Assembly (NCBI GenBank): GCA_963799485.1
Contig: CAWCXJ010000006.1
Location: forward strand, 320,001 to 384,000
DNA: 64,000 nucleotides
Source of the DNA: an uncultured Trueperaceae bacterium
Lineage (GTDB): Bacteria > Deinococcota > Deinococci > Deinococcales > Trueperaceae
Direction of reading: 5' to 3'
Shown: one piece after another, positions 28,080 to 38,678 of the stretch
How the letters are laid out: each line of letters opens with the position of its first letter
Position numbering within the stretch: position 1 is the stretch's first letter
Translations under genes and position numbers: made by a program
Notes under the pieces: model-generated
Told to the model about the DNA's origin: nothing
The model's input: the letters and a program-made list of their open reading frames with translations, nothing else
The model's database searches: none

Positions 28080-30390
28080 ACTTGATTATAGCTCAACTCC
28101 GTCGCCACGGCTCCCACACCTCCTGCGCCAACCGCCGCCCGGCCTCGGTTAAAAAGAGCTTCTCCTGCTTCGGCCCCCGCATAACAACCCGCGCTCGCTT
28201 CAGCAGCGCGCCCGGCACTGCGACGCCGCCGAGTGTCACGGTATTGAGCCACGAAAATCCGATTTCACCAATCCGATTTTACCTAGCAGCACGGCGTCGG
28301 TACCGATATGCACGCCCCTGGCGAAGACGCTAATGAGCACGCCCGCGATGGCAAACAGAAACGGGTAGACGAGGCCGGTGGCGGCGTCCGCCTTGACCCG
28401 CTGGCTGTACATTAAAAGTTCGGTCAAAAAGACGGTTAGAAGACCTACGGCAGCGGCCCCGGCGACAAAAAAGGCGAGTACTGGTTGCCGGTGCCAAGGT
28501 AAACCAGCACGGTGCCGAGCAGCACCGAATGACTGATGGCGTCTGAAAGAAGCGAGCTGCCGCGTAAAACCAGAAACGTGCCGACCAAAGACGAGGCGAC
28601 CCCAACGCGCGCCGACAAGCGCGACCACGACGTCGGGATTGGTAAAAAGCGCCTCAAACATCTCGAGCACCCAAATTTTGCAGGGTTTCTGCGGCACGTT
28701 TCCGGCCCGCCTTGGCCAGCCGGTAATGCCCGCCTTCTTCCTGCATGTGTTTGACACGTTCGGCAAGACCGGTGGCCTCGAGCCTGCCCAACGGCGCCGC
28801 CGCGCCGCCGTAAAGCGCGTCCAACATCCCGCTTTCGCTCTTGTAACCGGGGTCGCCGTGCGTTTGCGCGAGGCCGTACATGTCTAACGCGCTGCTGTGC
28901 CAGCGTCCGGCGCGCTGTCCGCCACCCCCGCGAGCGCTCCGAAAAGTGCTGCTAGCCCAACCATCTGCTCGAGCGAATCGTCTCACTGCCACGCCGCCGC
29001 TGCGGGCGCGGTGGCCATCGCCGCCATCAACACCACCCCGACAAGTTGCCAACCGGTGACGATGGCAAACGCCAGGGTGCTGCTTAGGAGCAGCTCGAGC
29101 CGCACCCGCGAAAATCCCAGCGACGCGCCGAACTGCGGGTCGAAGTAGAGCAGCTTGAACTCTTTCCAGAAGAGCGCTATGACCAACAGCGCCGTCTCTG
29201 CCACAATCGCCACGACGTCGTGCGCGGTCGTCGGAAAATCCCAATCGACGCTGCGCTGCGGCACGTAACCGACCCTTTTACGCTGCCGCACGTAAGGCTC
29301 GCCGTGCAGATAGATGTGTCCGGCAGAGGGTTTGACCAGACCTGAAACCGCCTTGATAAGCGCCGGTTTACCCGCGCCGTTGGGGCCGATGACGCCCGCT
29401 AGAACCCCCGGCGGCACATTGATGTCAATGCCCCACAAAACGGGTTTGTCGTGGTAGGCGACGGTCAAGTCTCCGATGTGAAGCGCCAGGTTGGGTTCGT
29501 GTGGGATTTGGGACATAAGACTGGACATAAGGCTCCTTGGCTCGAGTAGGCCGGTTCGGTCGTTGCGCTGCCCAAAAAAGAAGGCGGAAGGGAAAATAGC
29601 GTTCAAAACCGCTTGATCCTTGTCAACTGCAGCTAAAGCGCTGCGTTCCACGGCTCGACCCAGCCCTGCAAGCCTTCAGGTTGCGGCGGTACGCGTCCGC
29701 CGAGCATGCTTGTCATGGTGCGGGTGCTGTGAACGATCATCCCGATATAGGTGCCGTCCGCCGTGCCCGCTTCGCCAACCGCGTCGCTAAAAAAGCTGCC
29801 CACCGACTCTCGTTTCGACGCTGCTCGCGGCGGCAGCTTGCCGCATCGCCTGAATAGTACGCGCGTTGACGCTGCTCTCGACAAAAATCGCCGGGACACT
29901 TCGGCTGAGGCGGTGCTGACGCCCTGAATCCCGGCGACAGAGAGGTCACTACGCTCGCCCGTAATAATTGGCGTCGTGCGCGGTGACCAAAGTGCGCTGC
30001 TCATCGGGAATCGTGGCAATGCTCTCACGCACCCGGCGGCCCAGTGCAGCGAGTGTGCGGCGGTAAGCCGCTGCGTTCGTCTGCATCTGCGTTTTGCAAT
30101 CCGGGACGAGCGCGCCCAGACGTTCGGCGATAACGTCCGCAATCCGGCCCCATAAAGCGGCGTCCATCCAGACGTGCGGGTCGACGCCGTCAACGTTGTT
30201 GGTGCGAATCGTTTCGGCTTTCGGAATGGGGCGGCTTCAGCGACCGCCGATACGCTCTAAAAGCTTGCCGCACTCCCCCTCGAGCCCAAACCCTGAGTAA
30301 AAAATCAAGTCGGCGCTGCCTAAGGTGCGGCTGTCACGGGCGCTTGCCCGGTAGGTATGCGGGTCGGTGCCCGGCTCCATCAGCACGGCA
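28080..30390 (-). pseudogene. Decayed TroABCD/MntABC-type Mn/Fe ABC transporter operon
   Basis: Fragments in order: SBP (PGTDPHTY, DPHVWMD, VTAHDA), ATPase (GPNGAGKP, VGYVPQR..DWDFP), permease (WKEFKL..FDP), second permease (LSDAISHSVLLG), with stops, frameshifts and deletions. Confidence 0.92.
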
Positions 30391-30404
30391 AAGCCAAGCA
30401 AATT

Positions 30405-30420
30405 TTTAGATAAACCTAAA
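30405..30420. promoter_or_regulatory. DtxR/MntR-family operator
   Basis: TTTAGATAAACCTAAA imperfect palindrome, like TTTAGG-N4-CCTAAA boxes, directly upstream of the SBP remnant. Confidence 0.75.
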
Positions 30421-30463
30421 CTTGTACTTTAATCTATGTTTCCTGCGCGCGGGTGTCGAGCAC

Positions 30464-31150
30464 TCAGGTACCTTTGGGTTCTGGTTCAGCGTAGAGCGCC
30501 CCGGCAAGTTCTTCGGCGAGTGCGACCGTGTGCCCGTTACATACAACCGTCACGGGGCCGCCAAAGGGTGCGTGTGAGGTCACCTCGACTACCTGACCGG
30601 GACGCAAACCCTGTTCCTCCAAGTACACCAGCACCTCGCGGCGCTGATCGGTGATGCGGGTCAGCTTGGCCTTTTGTCCGGCTGTCAGATCGCTCAAACG
30701 CTGTGCGCGGCTTTCAGGGAGCGAGCCGTCGAGCTGCGGAATCGGGTCGCCGTGCGGGTCGAAACTCGGATGTCCCAGGGCTTCGGCGATGCGCGCCTCG
30801 AACGCTTCGCTGATGACGTGCTCGAGCCGTTCGGCTTCGTCGTGAACGTCGTGCCACGCATAGCCCAGCGCTTCAGCCAAGTAGGTTTCGATTAAACGGT
30901 GATGGCGCAGGGTTTCTAACGCAATCTTGTGCCCTGCCGGGGTCAGCGATACGCCCCGGTATTTTTCGTACTGAATCAGGTTGAGCTCGCTCAATTTTTT
31001 GAGCATCCCCGAAACGCTCGCGGCGCTCACCTGAAGCGCGGCAGCGAGGTCTTGCGTTTTTACGCCCTCGTTACCAAGCTCACGGGAAAGGTCGTAAATA
31101 GCCTTGAGATAATCCTCGATCGCCGCCGACACGCCGCGCTGTTTCGTCAT
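30464..31150 (-). CDS. mntR: DtxR/MntR family metal-dependent regulator with FeoA domain
   Basis: EDYLKAIY, RHHRLIETYL, EAERLEH, DPHGDPIP. Confidence 0.93.
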   Translation of the reverse strand: MTKQRGVSAAIEDYLKAIYDLSRELGNEGVKTQDLAAALQVSAASVSGMLKKLSELNLIQYEKYRGVSLTPAGHKIALETLRHHRLIETYLAEALGYAWHDVHDEAERLEHVISEAFEARIAEALGHPSFDPHGDPIPQLDGSLPESRAQRLSDLTAGQKAKLTRITDQRREVLVYLEEQGLRPGQVVEVTSHAPFGGPVTVVCNGHTVALAEELAGALYAEPEPKGT

Positions 31151-31196
31151 CTCTAAACTTTAACTTGGTGCGGTTGCGGCTGTGGTGAAGAAGCCG

Positions 31197-31226
31197 GAGA
31201 AATCAAGAAGTGAGAAATCAAGAAGT
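31197..31226. repeat. 15-bp perfect tandem duplication
   Basis: GAGAAATCAAGAAGT x2, intergenic. Confidence 0.9.
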
Positions 31227-31268
31227 GATGCAGGGTTTGTATTCGTAACCGTCTGGTGTCGTAACCGT

Positions 31269-32339
31269 TTAGTGTGATGAGGCCGACGTGCTGAGGTCGG
31301 CTAGGGTCAGGTTTTGCTGCTCGAGCTTTTTAAGCAGTCCCCGGTTAAGCCGCCGCAGCAAAAACGGCCCTTCATAGACCAAACTCGTATAGAGCTGAAC
31401 GAGTACAGCGCCAGCTTCCAAGCGCGCGTAAACATCGTCTGCATCGGTAATACCGCCTACTGAAACGAAAGGTAGTCCCATGTCCAAGCCTTTGAGAAAA
31501 CGCAACACTTCCAGCGAACGGGCTTTAAGCGGCTTGCCCGAAAGCCCTCCAGCCTCGTTAAAAGGTGTACGGAGCCCTTCACGTGAGACTGTCGTGTTCG
31601 TTGCCACCAAACCCGACAGACCATGTTGCACGGCTAATTCGGCGACGCCTGCGAGTTCGTGGTTGCTCAGGTCGGGGGCGACTTTGAGCAGTACGGGTTT
31701 AGCTGTTTGCGATACTCGGAAGCTCTGAATAGCCGCTAACAACTCGGTCAGCCGCGCCCGCTCCTGCAACGCCCGTAGACCCGGTGTATTGGGGGACGAC
31801 ACGTTGATGACGAAATAGTCGGCATAGGGCCAGAGCCGACGAAGCGACCCCAGATAATCCTCCGGTGCGTCCTCCAGGGGCGTAACTTTCGATTTACCGA
31901 CGTTGACCCCAAGCGGCACCTGCGTGCCCGTTTGCCTGAGCGCTTTTAATCTCGCGGCGACGACCTCGGCTCCCTCGTTGTTAAACCCCATCCGGTTGAC
32001 GATGGCCTCGTCACCGGGCAATCTGAAGAGCCGTGGTCTGGGGTTGCCGGGTTGCGCGCGCGCCGTAATGCTCCCCACCTCGGCGGAGCCGAAGCCGAGC
32101 GCCGCCCAAGTCGGCACGGCGACGGCGTTTTTATCGAACCCGGCGGCGAGCCCGACCGGGTTGGGGAAGGTGAGGCCGAAAGCGCGGGTCTCGAGGCGTG
32201 GGTCGCGCACGCGGCACGCCGCACCTAAAAGCCGCAGCGCGCCTGGGTGTTCGGCGGCCCAGCCCAGCCCCTGCATGGCGCGTTCGTGAATACGCTCCGG
32301 GTCGCTCCGAAAGAGGAGGGGCTTAAGCCGCGTGTACAT
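31269..32339 (-). CDS. pyrD: Quinone-dependent dihydroorotate dehydrogenase
   Basis: NPVGLAAGFDKN, NRMGFNN, NVSSPNTPGLR, GGLSG. Confidence 0.97.
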   Translation of the reverse strand: MYTRLKPLLFRSDPERIHERAMQGLGWAAEHPGALRLLGAACRVRDPRLETRAFGLTFPNPVGLAAGFDKNAVAVPTWAALGFGSAEVGSITARAQPGNPRPRLFRLPGDEAIVNRMGFNNEGAEVVAARLKALRQTGTQVPLGVNVGKSKVTPLEDAPEDYLGSLRRLWPYADYFVINVSSPNTPGLRALQERARLTELLAAIQSFRVSQTAKPVLLKVAPDLSNHELAGVAELAVQHGLSGLVATNTTVSREGLRTPFNEAGGLSGKPLKARSLEVLRFLKGLDMGLPFVSVGGITDADDVYARLEAGAVLVQLYTSLVYEGPFLLRRLNRGLLKKLEQQNLTLADLSTSASSH

Positions 32340-32450
32340 TACCCCTGATTAAACCATTTTTGCCCCCTAGACCCTGTTTGCGTGTTTCGCGCACAACCTA
32401 AAATATCCCGACCCTGACTGGGTAGCGGGTAAGTGTCTAGCGTTTCCCTG

Positions 32451-33416
32451 TTACCCGGCTGCGAAGGTCACGTGCGGGCTGCGCTGCTTTTGGCGGTACA
32501 TCCGCCCGTCGGCCAGGCTGATCAGGCCGGGGAGTGTGGACGCTTCATCGGGGTAACTCGCCGAACCGAGATCGATATGCAGGGTAAGCGTTCCTACACT
32601 CGTGCGGTACTCGCTGTGGGAAAAGTGCGCGACCCGTTCCGGCAGATTATCGGTGCCGCGCACGCCGAGCAGGAATTCGTCGCCGCCGTAGCGAATCACG
32701 AGGTCGCCCCGGCGGACGCTGCTGTGGAGCCGCCCGGCAACCGCCCGGAGGAGTTCGTCGCCGACCCCGTGCCCGTAGGTGTCGTTGATCTCCTTGAACC
32801 CCTTGAGATCGACAAAAACGAGTTGGAAGGGCGTCTCACCCCGAATCCAGGTCGTTAGCGCAGCGAGCCCGGCGCGGCGGTTGAGCATGCCCGTCAGTGG
32901 GTCGGTCAACGCGTCTTGCTGCAGTTGGCTGATGGGTTTGATCAGATAACGCGCCATGATAGTCAGCCCAATGCCAAGGGCCACCACCGTCTTCCACGAG
33001 GGCTCCAAGCCGAGCGCAGTGGCGAGCAGATTGCCCGCTATCAAGTTGAAAATCTGCAAAGCTGTCAACCACGGAACCAGCCTGACCTGGGCAAACCAGA
33101 GCAGTTCACCGATCAACACCATAGCGACGATAAAAGCTGCGGCGCTGCTTGCACCCCCCGAAATCCCGATCAGGAAGACGACGCTAAGCTGGTCGTAAAA
33201 GAAGTTGAAAGTCGGCAGGCCGTCCCAGCGCGCCCCTATCAAGGTTCCGTTGACGAGCAGCTGAATTCCGGCCAGCGTACCAAACCAGAGTGTCCCACCC
33301 GGCAGCGTCTGGGCAAAAAAGCCGTAGTAGTAGAGCGCCACGAGGATAAGCGCAAAGGCTACCCGGCGTTGCAGGATACGCCCTTCTTCAGGCCAGTTGG
33401 TCGGAACGAACTTCAT
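32451..33416 (-). CDS. Membrane-anchored diguanylate cyclase
   Basis: TM N-terminus; DPLTGMLNR, FKEINDTYGH..GD, intact RYGGDEF with RxxD site. Confidence 0.92.
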   Translation of the reverse strand: MKFVPTNWPEEGRILQRRVAFALILVALYYYGFFAQTLPGGTLWFGTLAGIQLLVNGTLIGARWDGLPTFNFFYDQLSVVFLIGISGGASSAAAFIVAMVLIGELLWFAQVRLVPWLTALQIFNLIAGNLLATALGLEPSWKTVVALGIGLTIMARYLIKPISQLQQDALTDPLTGMLNRRAGLAALTTWIRGETPFQLVFVDLKGFKEINDTYGHGVGDELLRAVAGRLHSSVRRGDLVIRYGGDEFLLGVRGTDNLPERVAHFSHSEYRTSVGTLTLHIDLGSASYPDEASTLPGLISLADGRMYRQKQRSPHVTFAAG

Positions 33417-33524
33417 AAAGCTACTGTATAAGATAATCTCTGACAGCTTTCTTATTTTCTTTTCGGATGTCCTATTAGTGTCCGGACTTCGGGTTTTGCA
33501 ATACGCGTCAAGGTTAGGACAAGG

Positions 33525-33690
33525 GGCCTCGAGCCCCTCACCTGAAGACGCGAGCCTGACCACCTTGTAGCCTGCTTGCTTGTAGCCTGCTTGCTTGTAG
33601 CCTGCTTGCCCGAAACGTCGGCAGGGGGCCAAACCGAACCCCGGCCCGACGCCGACGACAATACAGATACCAATACAGGTGCCGGCACAA
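33525..33690 (-). pseudogene. N-terminal remnant of a short-chain dehydrogenase (SDR)
   Basis: ICIVVGVGPGFGLAPCRRFGQAGYK(x3)VVRLASSGEGLEA matches an SDR Rossmann start. Confidence 0.7.
33564..33608. repeat. 15-bp perfect tandem repeat x3
   Basis: CTTGTAGCCTGCTTG x3. Confidence 0.95.
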
Positions 33691-33719
33691 ACTTTAGCAC
33701 GTTGGGGGTATCACAATGT

Positions 33720-35534
33720 TTAGTCCCGTTGCCCGAGCGCCCGGTCTAGGTTAAAAGCCGCGCTGATCAAGCTCAGGTGCGTAAACGCTTGCGGAAAATT
33801 ACCCAGCGCCTCACCGTTCGGGCCGGTCTCTTCGGCGTAAAGACCCAGGTGGTTGGCGTAACCCAACATCCGCTCGAAGATGAGCCGCGCATCCTCGAGC
33901 TTTTTGGGGTCGGTGCCCCCGGCGCGGGTCAGCGCTTCGACAAGCCAGAAGGTGCACATATTAAAGGTGCCCTCTTCGCCCATCAGTCCGTCGGCGCTGC
34001 GCTCTAAGTTGTAACGAAATACCAGGCTGTCGGACAACAGCCCACCCTGATGCGGCGGCTTCCGGATGGCCTCTAACGTGCTGAGCATCCTTGGGTCGGT
34101 CGGCGAGATAAAAAACGTCAGCGGCATCAAAAGCGTCGCGGCGTCGAGCGCATCACTGTCGTAAGCTTGCGTAAACGCCTGACGTTCTTCGTTCCAACCA
34201 CGTTCCATAATCTCTTCGTAAATCCGGTCGCGCACCCCCAGCCACCGTTCGCGGTCGGACGGAAACGAGCGTTTGTCGGCTAAGCGCACCCCGCGGTCGA
34301 GCGCCACCCAGCACATCAACTTGGAATAAACGGCCTGATACGGCCCGCCGCGCGGCTCCCAGATGCTCTCATCCGGGCGCTGCCAGTTGTCGCAGACCCA
34401 GTTGAGCGTCCGCCTTACGTGCCGCCACAACTCGAACGAGATCGGCGTGCCGTATTTGTTGTACAAGTACACCGCGTCCATCAGCTCGCCGTAAATGTCT
34501 AGCTGAAGTTGCCTCGAGGCGTCGTTGCCGATCCGCACCGGAGTTGAGCCTTTATAGCCTTCTAAGTGTTCCAAAGTTTCTTCGTGCAGCGGATTTTGCT
34601 CTCCGATACGGTACATGATGTCGAGCGAACCGTCTTCGCTGTGCGCCAGCGCGGTCTCACCCAACCAGTCCATAAACGCCGCCGCCTCCTCGGTAAAGCC
34701 GATACGCAGGAGCCCGTAAAGCGAAAACGCCGCGTCCCGAATCCAGGTATAGCGGTAGTCCCAGTTGCGTTCACCACCGAGCGTTTCCGGAAGACTTGCT
34801 GTAGCCGCCGCAACGAGCGCGCCCGTCGGGGCAAAAGTCAGGAGCTTAAGGGCCAGCGCCGAACGGTGAACCGTCTCGCGCCAACGCCCCTGATAGGTGC
34901 ATTTAGAAAGCCAGCGCCGCCAATAGCTGACGGTATCGTCGAACGACGCTTCCATCTCATGCTCACTGGGGCAAGGGTGTACGTCCGAACCGTCAAGCGG
35001 TGCCAGCACAAAACTGAGCGTCTCGCCTTCACCGATGGTGAACTCGGTAGACACGCCCCCACTCTCTTCTTTAAGCGGGGCGCGGGTGACAAGTGAAAGG
35101 CTGAAGTCGGGGGTACGGAAGACCACGCCGTCTGCGGAATGCTCGAGCGTATGCGCGTCTTGGGCAAAGTTAAATGCAGGCTGACAGACTGCGCGAAAGG
35201 GCAGTTGACCCCGGACACAGTGAACCCGCCGCACGAGGCGCTGCACGCCGTTGATCGGCATAAAGTCCACGACTTCGGCGACTCCTTCGGGCGACAAAAA
35301 GCGCGTCACCAAGACGTTGGTGTCGGGCCAGTAGAGCTGTTTGGTGGTTACGTCATCGGAGGTCGGGATAATCTGGAAACGCCCGCCCTTAGAATCATCC
35401 AAAATCGCGCAGAACACGCTCGGCGAGTCGAAATGCGGCAGGCAGAGCCAGTCGAGCGAGCCGTTTTTGCCGATGAGGGCCGCAGTACGCAGGTCGCCGA
35501 TGACGCCGTAGTCTTCGATAGGTTGATAGGGCAT
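33720..35534 (-). CDS. Glycoside hydrolase family 15 (glucoamylase/trehalase-like)
   Basis: [38 protein letters not shown]. Confidence 0.95.
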   Translation of the reverse strand: MPYQPIEDYGVIGDLRTAALIGKNGSLDWLCLPHFDSPSVFCAILDDSKGGRFQIIPTSDDVTTKQLYWPDTNVLVTRFLSPEGVAEVVDFMPINGVQRLVRRVHCVRGQLPFRAVCQPAFNFAQDAHTLEHSADGVVFRTPDFSLSLVTRAPLKEESGGVSTEFTIGEGETLSFVLAPLDGSDVHPCPSEHEMEASFDDTVSYWRRWLSKCTYQGRWRETVHRSALALKLLTFAPTGALVAAATASLPETLGGERNWDYRYTWIRDAAFSLYGLLRIGFTEEAAAFMDWLGETALAHSEDGSLDIMYRIGEQNPLHEETLEHLEGYKGSTPVRIGNDASRQLQLDIYGELMDAVYLYNKYGTPISFELWRHVRRTLNWVCDNWQRPDESIWEPRGGPYQAVYSKLMCWVALDRGVRLADKRSFPSDRERWLGVRDRIYEEIMERGWNEERQAFTQAYDSDALDAATLLMPLTFFISPTDPRMLSTLEAIRKPPHQGGLLSDSLVFRYNLERSADGLMGEEGTFNMCTFWLVEALTRAGGTDPKKLEDARLIFERMLGYANHLGLYAEETGPNGEALGNFPQAFTHLSLISAAFNLDRALGQRD

Positions 35535-35690
35535 CCTGAGTACTCCTGAGGGGGATAATCGTGTTACCTAAACTAGCTAGTACATCTTAACCCGTAAAGG
35601 ACGGGACTCGAGGGCCATAGGTACGCCACCACGCGAATAAGTAAGCGTAGGAAAAGATTGGCTTGCAGAAATCGAATATGCAAAAAAGGG

Positions 35691-36104
35691 CTAAAGAGCC
35701 GCCAATGTGATCAAGAGTTCTTCAGGCGTAAACACCCTCAGAGGTACGCTCTTAAAATCTTTAGTGTTTCGAGTCACAACAGCGTCGAGTCTTAAGAGCA
35801 GGGCAGCTTCAACGAGAACCGCATCTTCGTAATCCTTCAGGGGAGAAACAAGGGCTTTAGTCAAGATTTCATGATTGACCGCAGCAACGCCGAAAAGTGC
35901 GAAAAGCTTCTCTAATTCTGTTCGGGAACCATCTCGAAGGGCTTTCTCGAGAAAACAGTAAAGCGTCGTCACCGTCGTTGCGCCTCGAAAACCCTTGAGC
36001 TTGCCCAATTCTACATAAGCAGAAAGCTTAGCGGCATCTTCATAAAAAGGCTGACGGCGGAGCAGTACATCTAAAACGATGTTGGTATCAAAAAGAACCC
36101 TCAA
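35691..36104 (-). CDS. PIN-domain toxin
   Basis: LFDTNIVLD, DYEDA, VTRNTKDF. Confidence 0.92.
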   Translation of the reverse strand: MRVLFDTNIVLDVLLRRQPFYEDAAKLSAYVELGKLKGFRGATTVTTLYCFLEKALRDGSRTELEKLFALFGVAAVNHEILTKALVSPLKDYEDAVLVEAALLLRLDAVVTRNTKDFKSVPLRVFTPEELLITLAAL

Positions 36105-36337
36105 GCGTGTTTTTTCTCGAGGTATCTGTAGTAGTCCGCTTCATCTACATCCGTACCAGCGAGTACGCCGCTCAGCGAACGTGTAATCGGCGGCAAAGCT
36201 CCTTCATCGAACGGTTCGCCAAGCTGGGCAAAGTAGTCTGCGACGAGTTGCGACACAGATTTCCCGGACGCTTCGGCGTGGCGTTTTGCGCGTTCGATGA
36301 GGGTTTGCTCGAGTTCTAGCGTCAGCTTGGCCTGCAT
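36101..36337 (-). CDS. RHH-like antitoxin (DUF6364-like)
   Basis: KLTL.L...LIERAK.HA...GKSVSQLV..YF; PITRSLSG; YLEKK; 4-nt overlap with the PIN gene. Confidence 0.88.
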   Translation of the reverse strand: MQAKLTLELEQTLIERAKRHAEASGKSVSQLVADYFAQLGEPFDEGALPPITRSLSGVLAGTDVDEADYYRYLEKKHA

Positions 36338-36407
36338 GGGTTTATATTACTCGGTTCAGAGAAGTTTTACTGAATTGTGGGCTCGAGAGCTAGATGTTCT
36401 GCCTCAT

Positions 36408-37256
36408 CTAAGAAATCTCCAACGTCAGAGCGCCATTTGAAAGTAATTCAACTTCTCCGTTGGAACTAAGTTTTGCAGATTTAGACAAATCGTCAGTCAA
36501 CAAATCCCCGAACACTTTATCGAAAATTTCGGCTTTCGCTTCTCTCTTGTTTGACTTGTCACCTAGTTTGACAAGTAAATATGCCATCGCAAAATTTCCA
36601 AACACATCAGCTGCTTGAATTAACCTAGATTTTGCGTCACTGACTACTCGGAAACCATTATTTGAAAGCGCCGGGGAATTAGGAAACTGTTTTTTTCCAA
36701 TTCCGTTATAAATTGCTCTAAGAATAGTTTCAGCCTTTACGTCAAGTGATAATGATTCAGGTTTGTAAATCGCTACCGTCTGAGAGAACTTCCTTGTAAC
36801 GTCGTCTCGGTCAAGTTCTATCTCAACCGAGGTGCTTCCTGACAAACCACTAAGTCGCTTCTGTAAATCAAGCAGACCAGGCATGAGTTTGCTTACTTGC
36901 TCTTCTGCATCGGCACTCAAAACATTAGCTTGCGCCATCGAATTTTTTACTATTCTGCCGACGAAAGGCAAGTATTTACTTTTCCAGCTCTCATTCATCA
37001 AAGTGAAAACGAGTAAAGATGATAGATTGTTCTCAGCTACTTGTCTAATTAAAAGTAAAAACCGATGGTATTCATTCGTTTCTTGTTTTTTGAATTTTTT
37101 GCCGTGAAAAACACGTTTAGACAAACTAGAGCCAATTTTGTCTGCTTCCACAGTAAACTTTGGAAACTGCAATTTAGGGAGGACTAAATATGACCAGCCT
37201 TCAGAAAGCTGTGTCTCGGTTGCAATTTCATCCAGTCCAACGATTAGTTCAGGCAT
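36408..37256 (-). CDS. Low-GC hypothetical protein, DUF3800-like
   Basis: N-terminal IVGLDE, FH motif and C-terminal LIQAAD; markedly AT-rich. Confidence 0.6.
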   Translation of the reverse strand: MPELIVGLDEIATETQLSEGWSYLVLPKLQFPKFTVEADKIGSSLSKRVFHGKKFKKQETNEYHRFLLLIRQVAENNLSSLLVFTLMNESWKSKYLPFVGRIVKNSMAQANVLSADAEEQVSKLMPGLLDLQKRLSGLSGSTSVEIELDRDDVTRKFSQTVAIYKPESLSLDVKAETILRAIYNGIGKKQFPNSPALSNNGFRVVSDAKSRLIQAADVFGNFAMAYLLVKLGDKSNKREAKAEIFDKVFGDLLTDDLSKSAKLSSNGEVELLSNGALTLEIS

Positions 37257-37280
37257 GTACCCTCTATAACGACTTTCGAC

Positions 37281-38522
37281 CTACTTCTTTGATGATAATA
37301 AGGAAATCGTCTTTTCCGCAAGCTTACTCATCGCCTCCACCGACATCTCAATATGCTCTTCTTTCGTATCCTCGATCTTGTTGTGCGAAATCCCGTGCAG
37401 GCTCTGCACGAACATCATCACCGTCGGAATCCCGGCCTGCGCGACCTCGGCGGCGTCGTGTAGCGGCCCACTCGGAAGCCGGTGCGAGGTGCCGCACGTT
37501 TCCCGGACGGCCTCGTCGCACAGGTCGATGAGCGTGTCGTCGAACAAGATGGGCGCAATCTGCCAGAGCTTGTCCCAGTGTACGGTGACGTTGCCCGCTC
37601 TAGCAAAACGCTCGCTGGCGTCTTTCGCATCTCGTAGCATGGCGGCGAGGTCGTCCGCGCTCAGGTTCCTTTGGTCGAGGGTAATGCGGCACTCCTCGAC
37701 GACGCTCGTAACGATGCCCGGTTTGGTGGTGCAGCTGCCGATGGTGCAGACACCGCCGCGCCGACCTGTAATCTCGTAGATTTCCGGGCTCATCCGGGCG
37801 GCGGCTAAAAAGGCGTCTTTGCGTTTGTCCATCGGGGTCGAGCCGGAGTGCGCGGCCTGACCGTAAAAGGTCATGGCGTGACGTTCGACGCCGAAGGTAC
37901 CTAAAACCGCGCCGAGGGGTAAATCCATATCGAGCAGCACCGGCCCCTGTTCGACGTGAAGCTCCAAGTACGCCGCTGCATTCTCGAGCTCTTCATGTGC
38001 CTCGTGCATTCGGTCTAACTCAACGCCGCAACGTTTCAGCGCGTCCGGCAGCGCAATCCCGTCCTTGTCGGTACGGCCCCGCTCGTCGTCCGGGTTCATG
38101 GTGCCGCAACACGCCGACGAACCCAAGAGCGAACGCCCAAACCGTGCGCCCTCTTCGTCGGCCCAGTCTACGAGCCGCACCGTAACGGGCGGTCTACCGC
38201 CGTAAACGTCGCTCAGGTGCCGCACGACCTCGAGCCCCGCCAGCACGTTCAAACAGCCGTCGAGCCAGCCGCCGTTGGGAACCGAGTCCATATGCCCGCC
38301 GATGATTAAAACTTTGTCCGATTCACCCTTAAGCGTAGACCAGACGTTTCCGGCGGCGTCCATATGGGTCTCGAGCGGCAGTGCGTCGAGCTTTTCCCGG
38401 AGCCATTTGCGACTCGTAAGCCAGGTATCGCTCCAGGCGACGCGCTGCGCGCCCCCTTCGTCGCCCGTAAGGGCGCGGAGGTCTTTGAGTTCAGCGACGG
38501 TGCGTTTGGGATTGAGTGCCAT
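37281..38522 (-). CDS. M20 Zn-dependent hydrolase (allantoate amidohydrolase / N-carbamoyl-amino acid hydrolase)
   Basis: GGHMDSVPNGGWLDG, DEEGARF, ELHVEQGP, HDA, GISH. Confidence 0.92.
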   Translation of the reverse strand: MALNPKRTVAELKDLRALTGDEGGAQRVAWSDTWLTSRKWLREKLDALPLETHMDAAGNVWSTLKGESDKVLIIGGHMDSVPNGGWLDGCLNVLAGLEVVRHLSDVYGGRPPVTVRLVDWADEEGARFGRSLLGSSACCGTMNPDDERGRTDKDGIALPDALKRCGVELDRMHEAHEELENAAAYLELHVEQGPVLLDMDLPLGAVLGTFGVERHAMTFYGQAAHSGSTPMDKRKDAFLAAARMSPEIYEITGRRGGVCTIGSCTTKPGIVTSVVEECRITLDQRNLSADDLAAMLRDAKDASERFARAGNVTVHWDKLWQIAPILFDDTLIDLCDEAVRETCGTSHRLPSGPLHDAAEVAQAGIPTVMMFVQSLHGISHNKIEDTKEEHIEMSVEAMSKLAEKTISLLSSKK

Positions 38523-38678
38523 AGACGATTGTAGCGCAGGTGTCTTCTGCGAACAAATACGCTTGCCAGGGCAAACCCTGTTCCCGGTTCACGTTCTGTG
38601 ACGCTGCCCGTAGACGCCGTAAAAACCGGGCGCGAGCTACGCGGTAAAGATCGGACTTAGGCAACAAACACCATTGGA

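Noticed and set aside
35535..37280. Prophage or IS element around the TA islet
   Set aside because: No integrase, transposase, terminal repeats or att-like direct repeats seen
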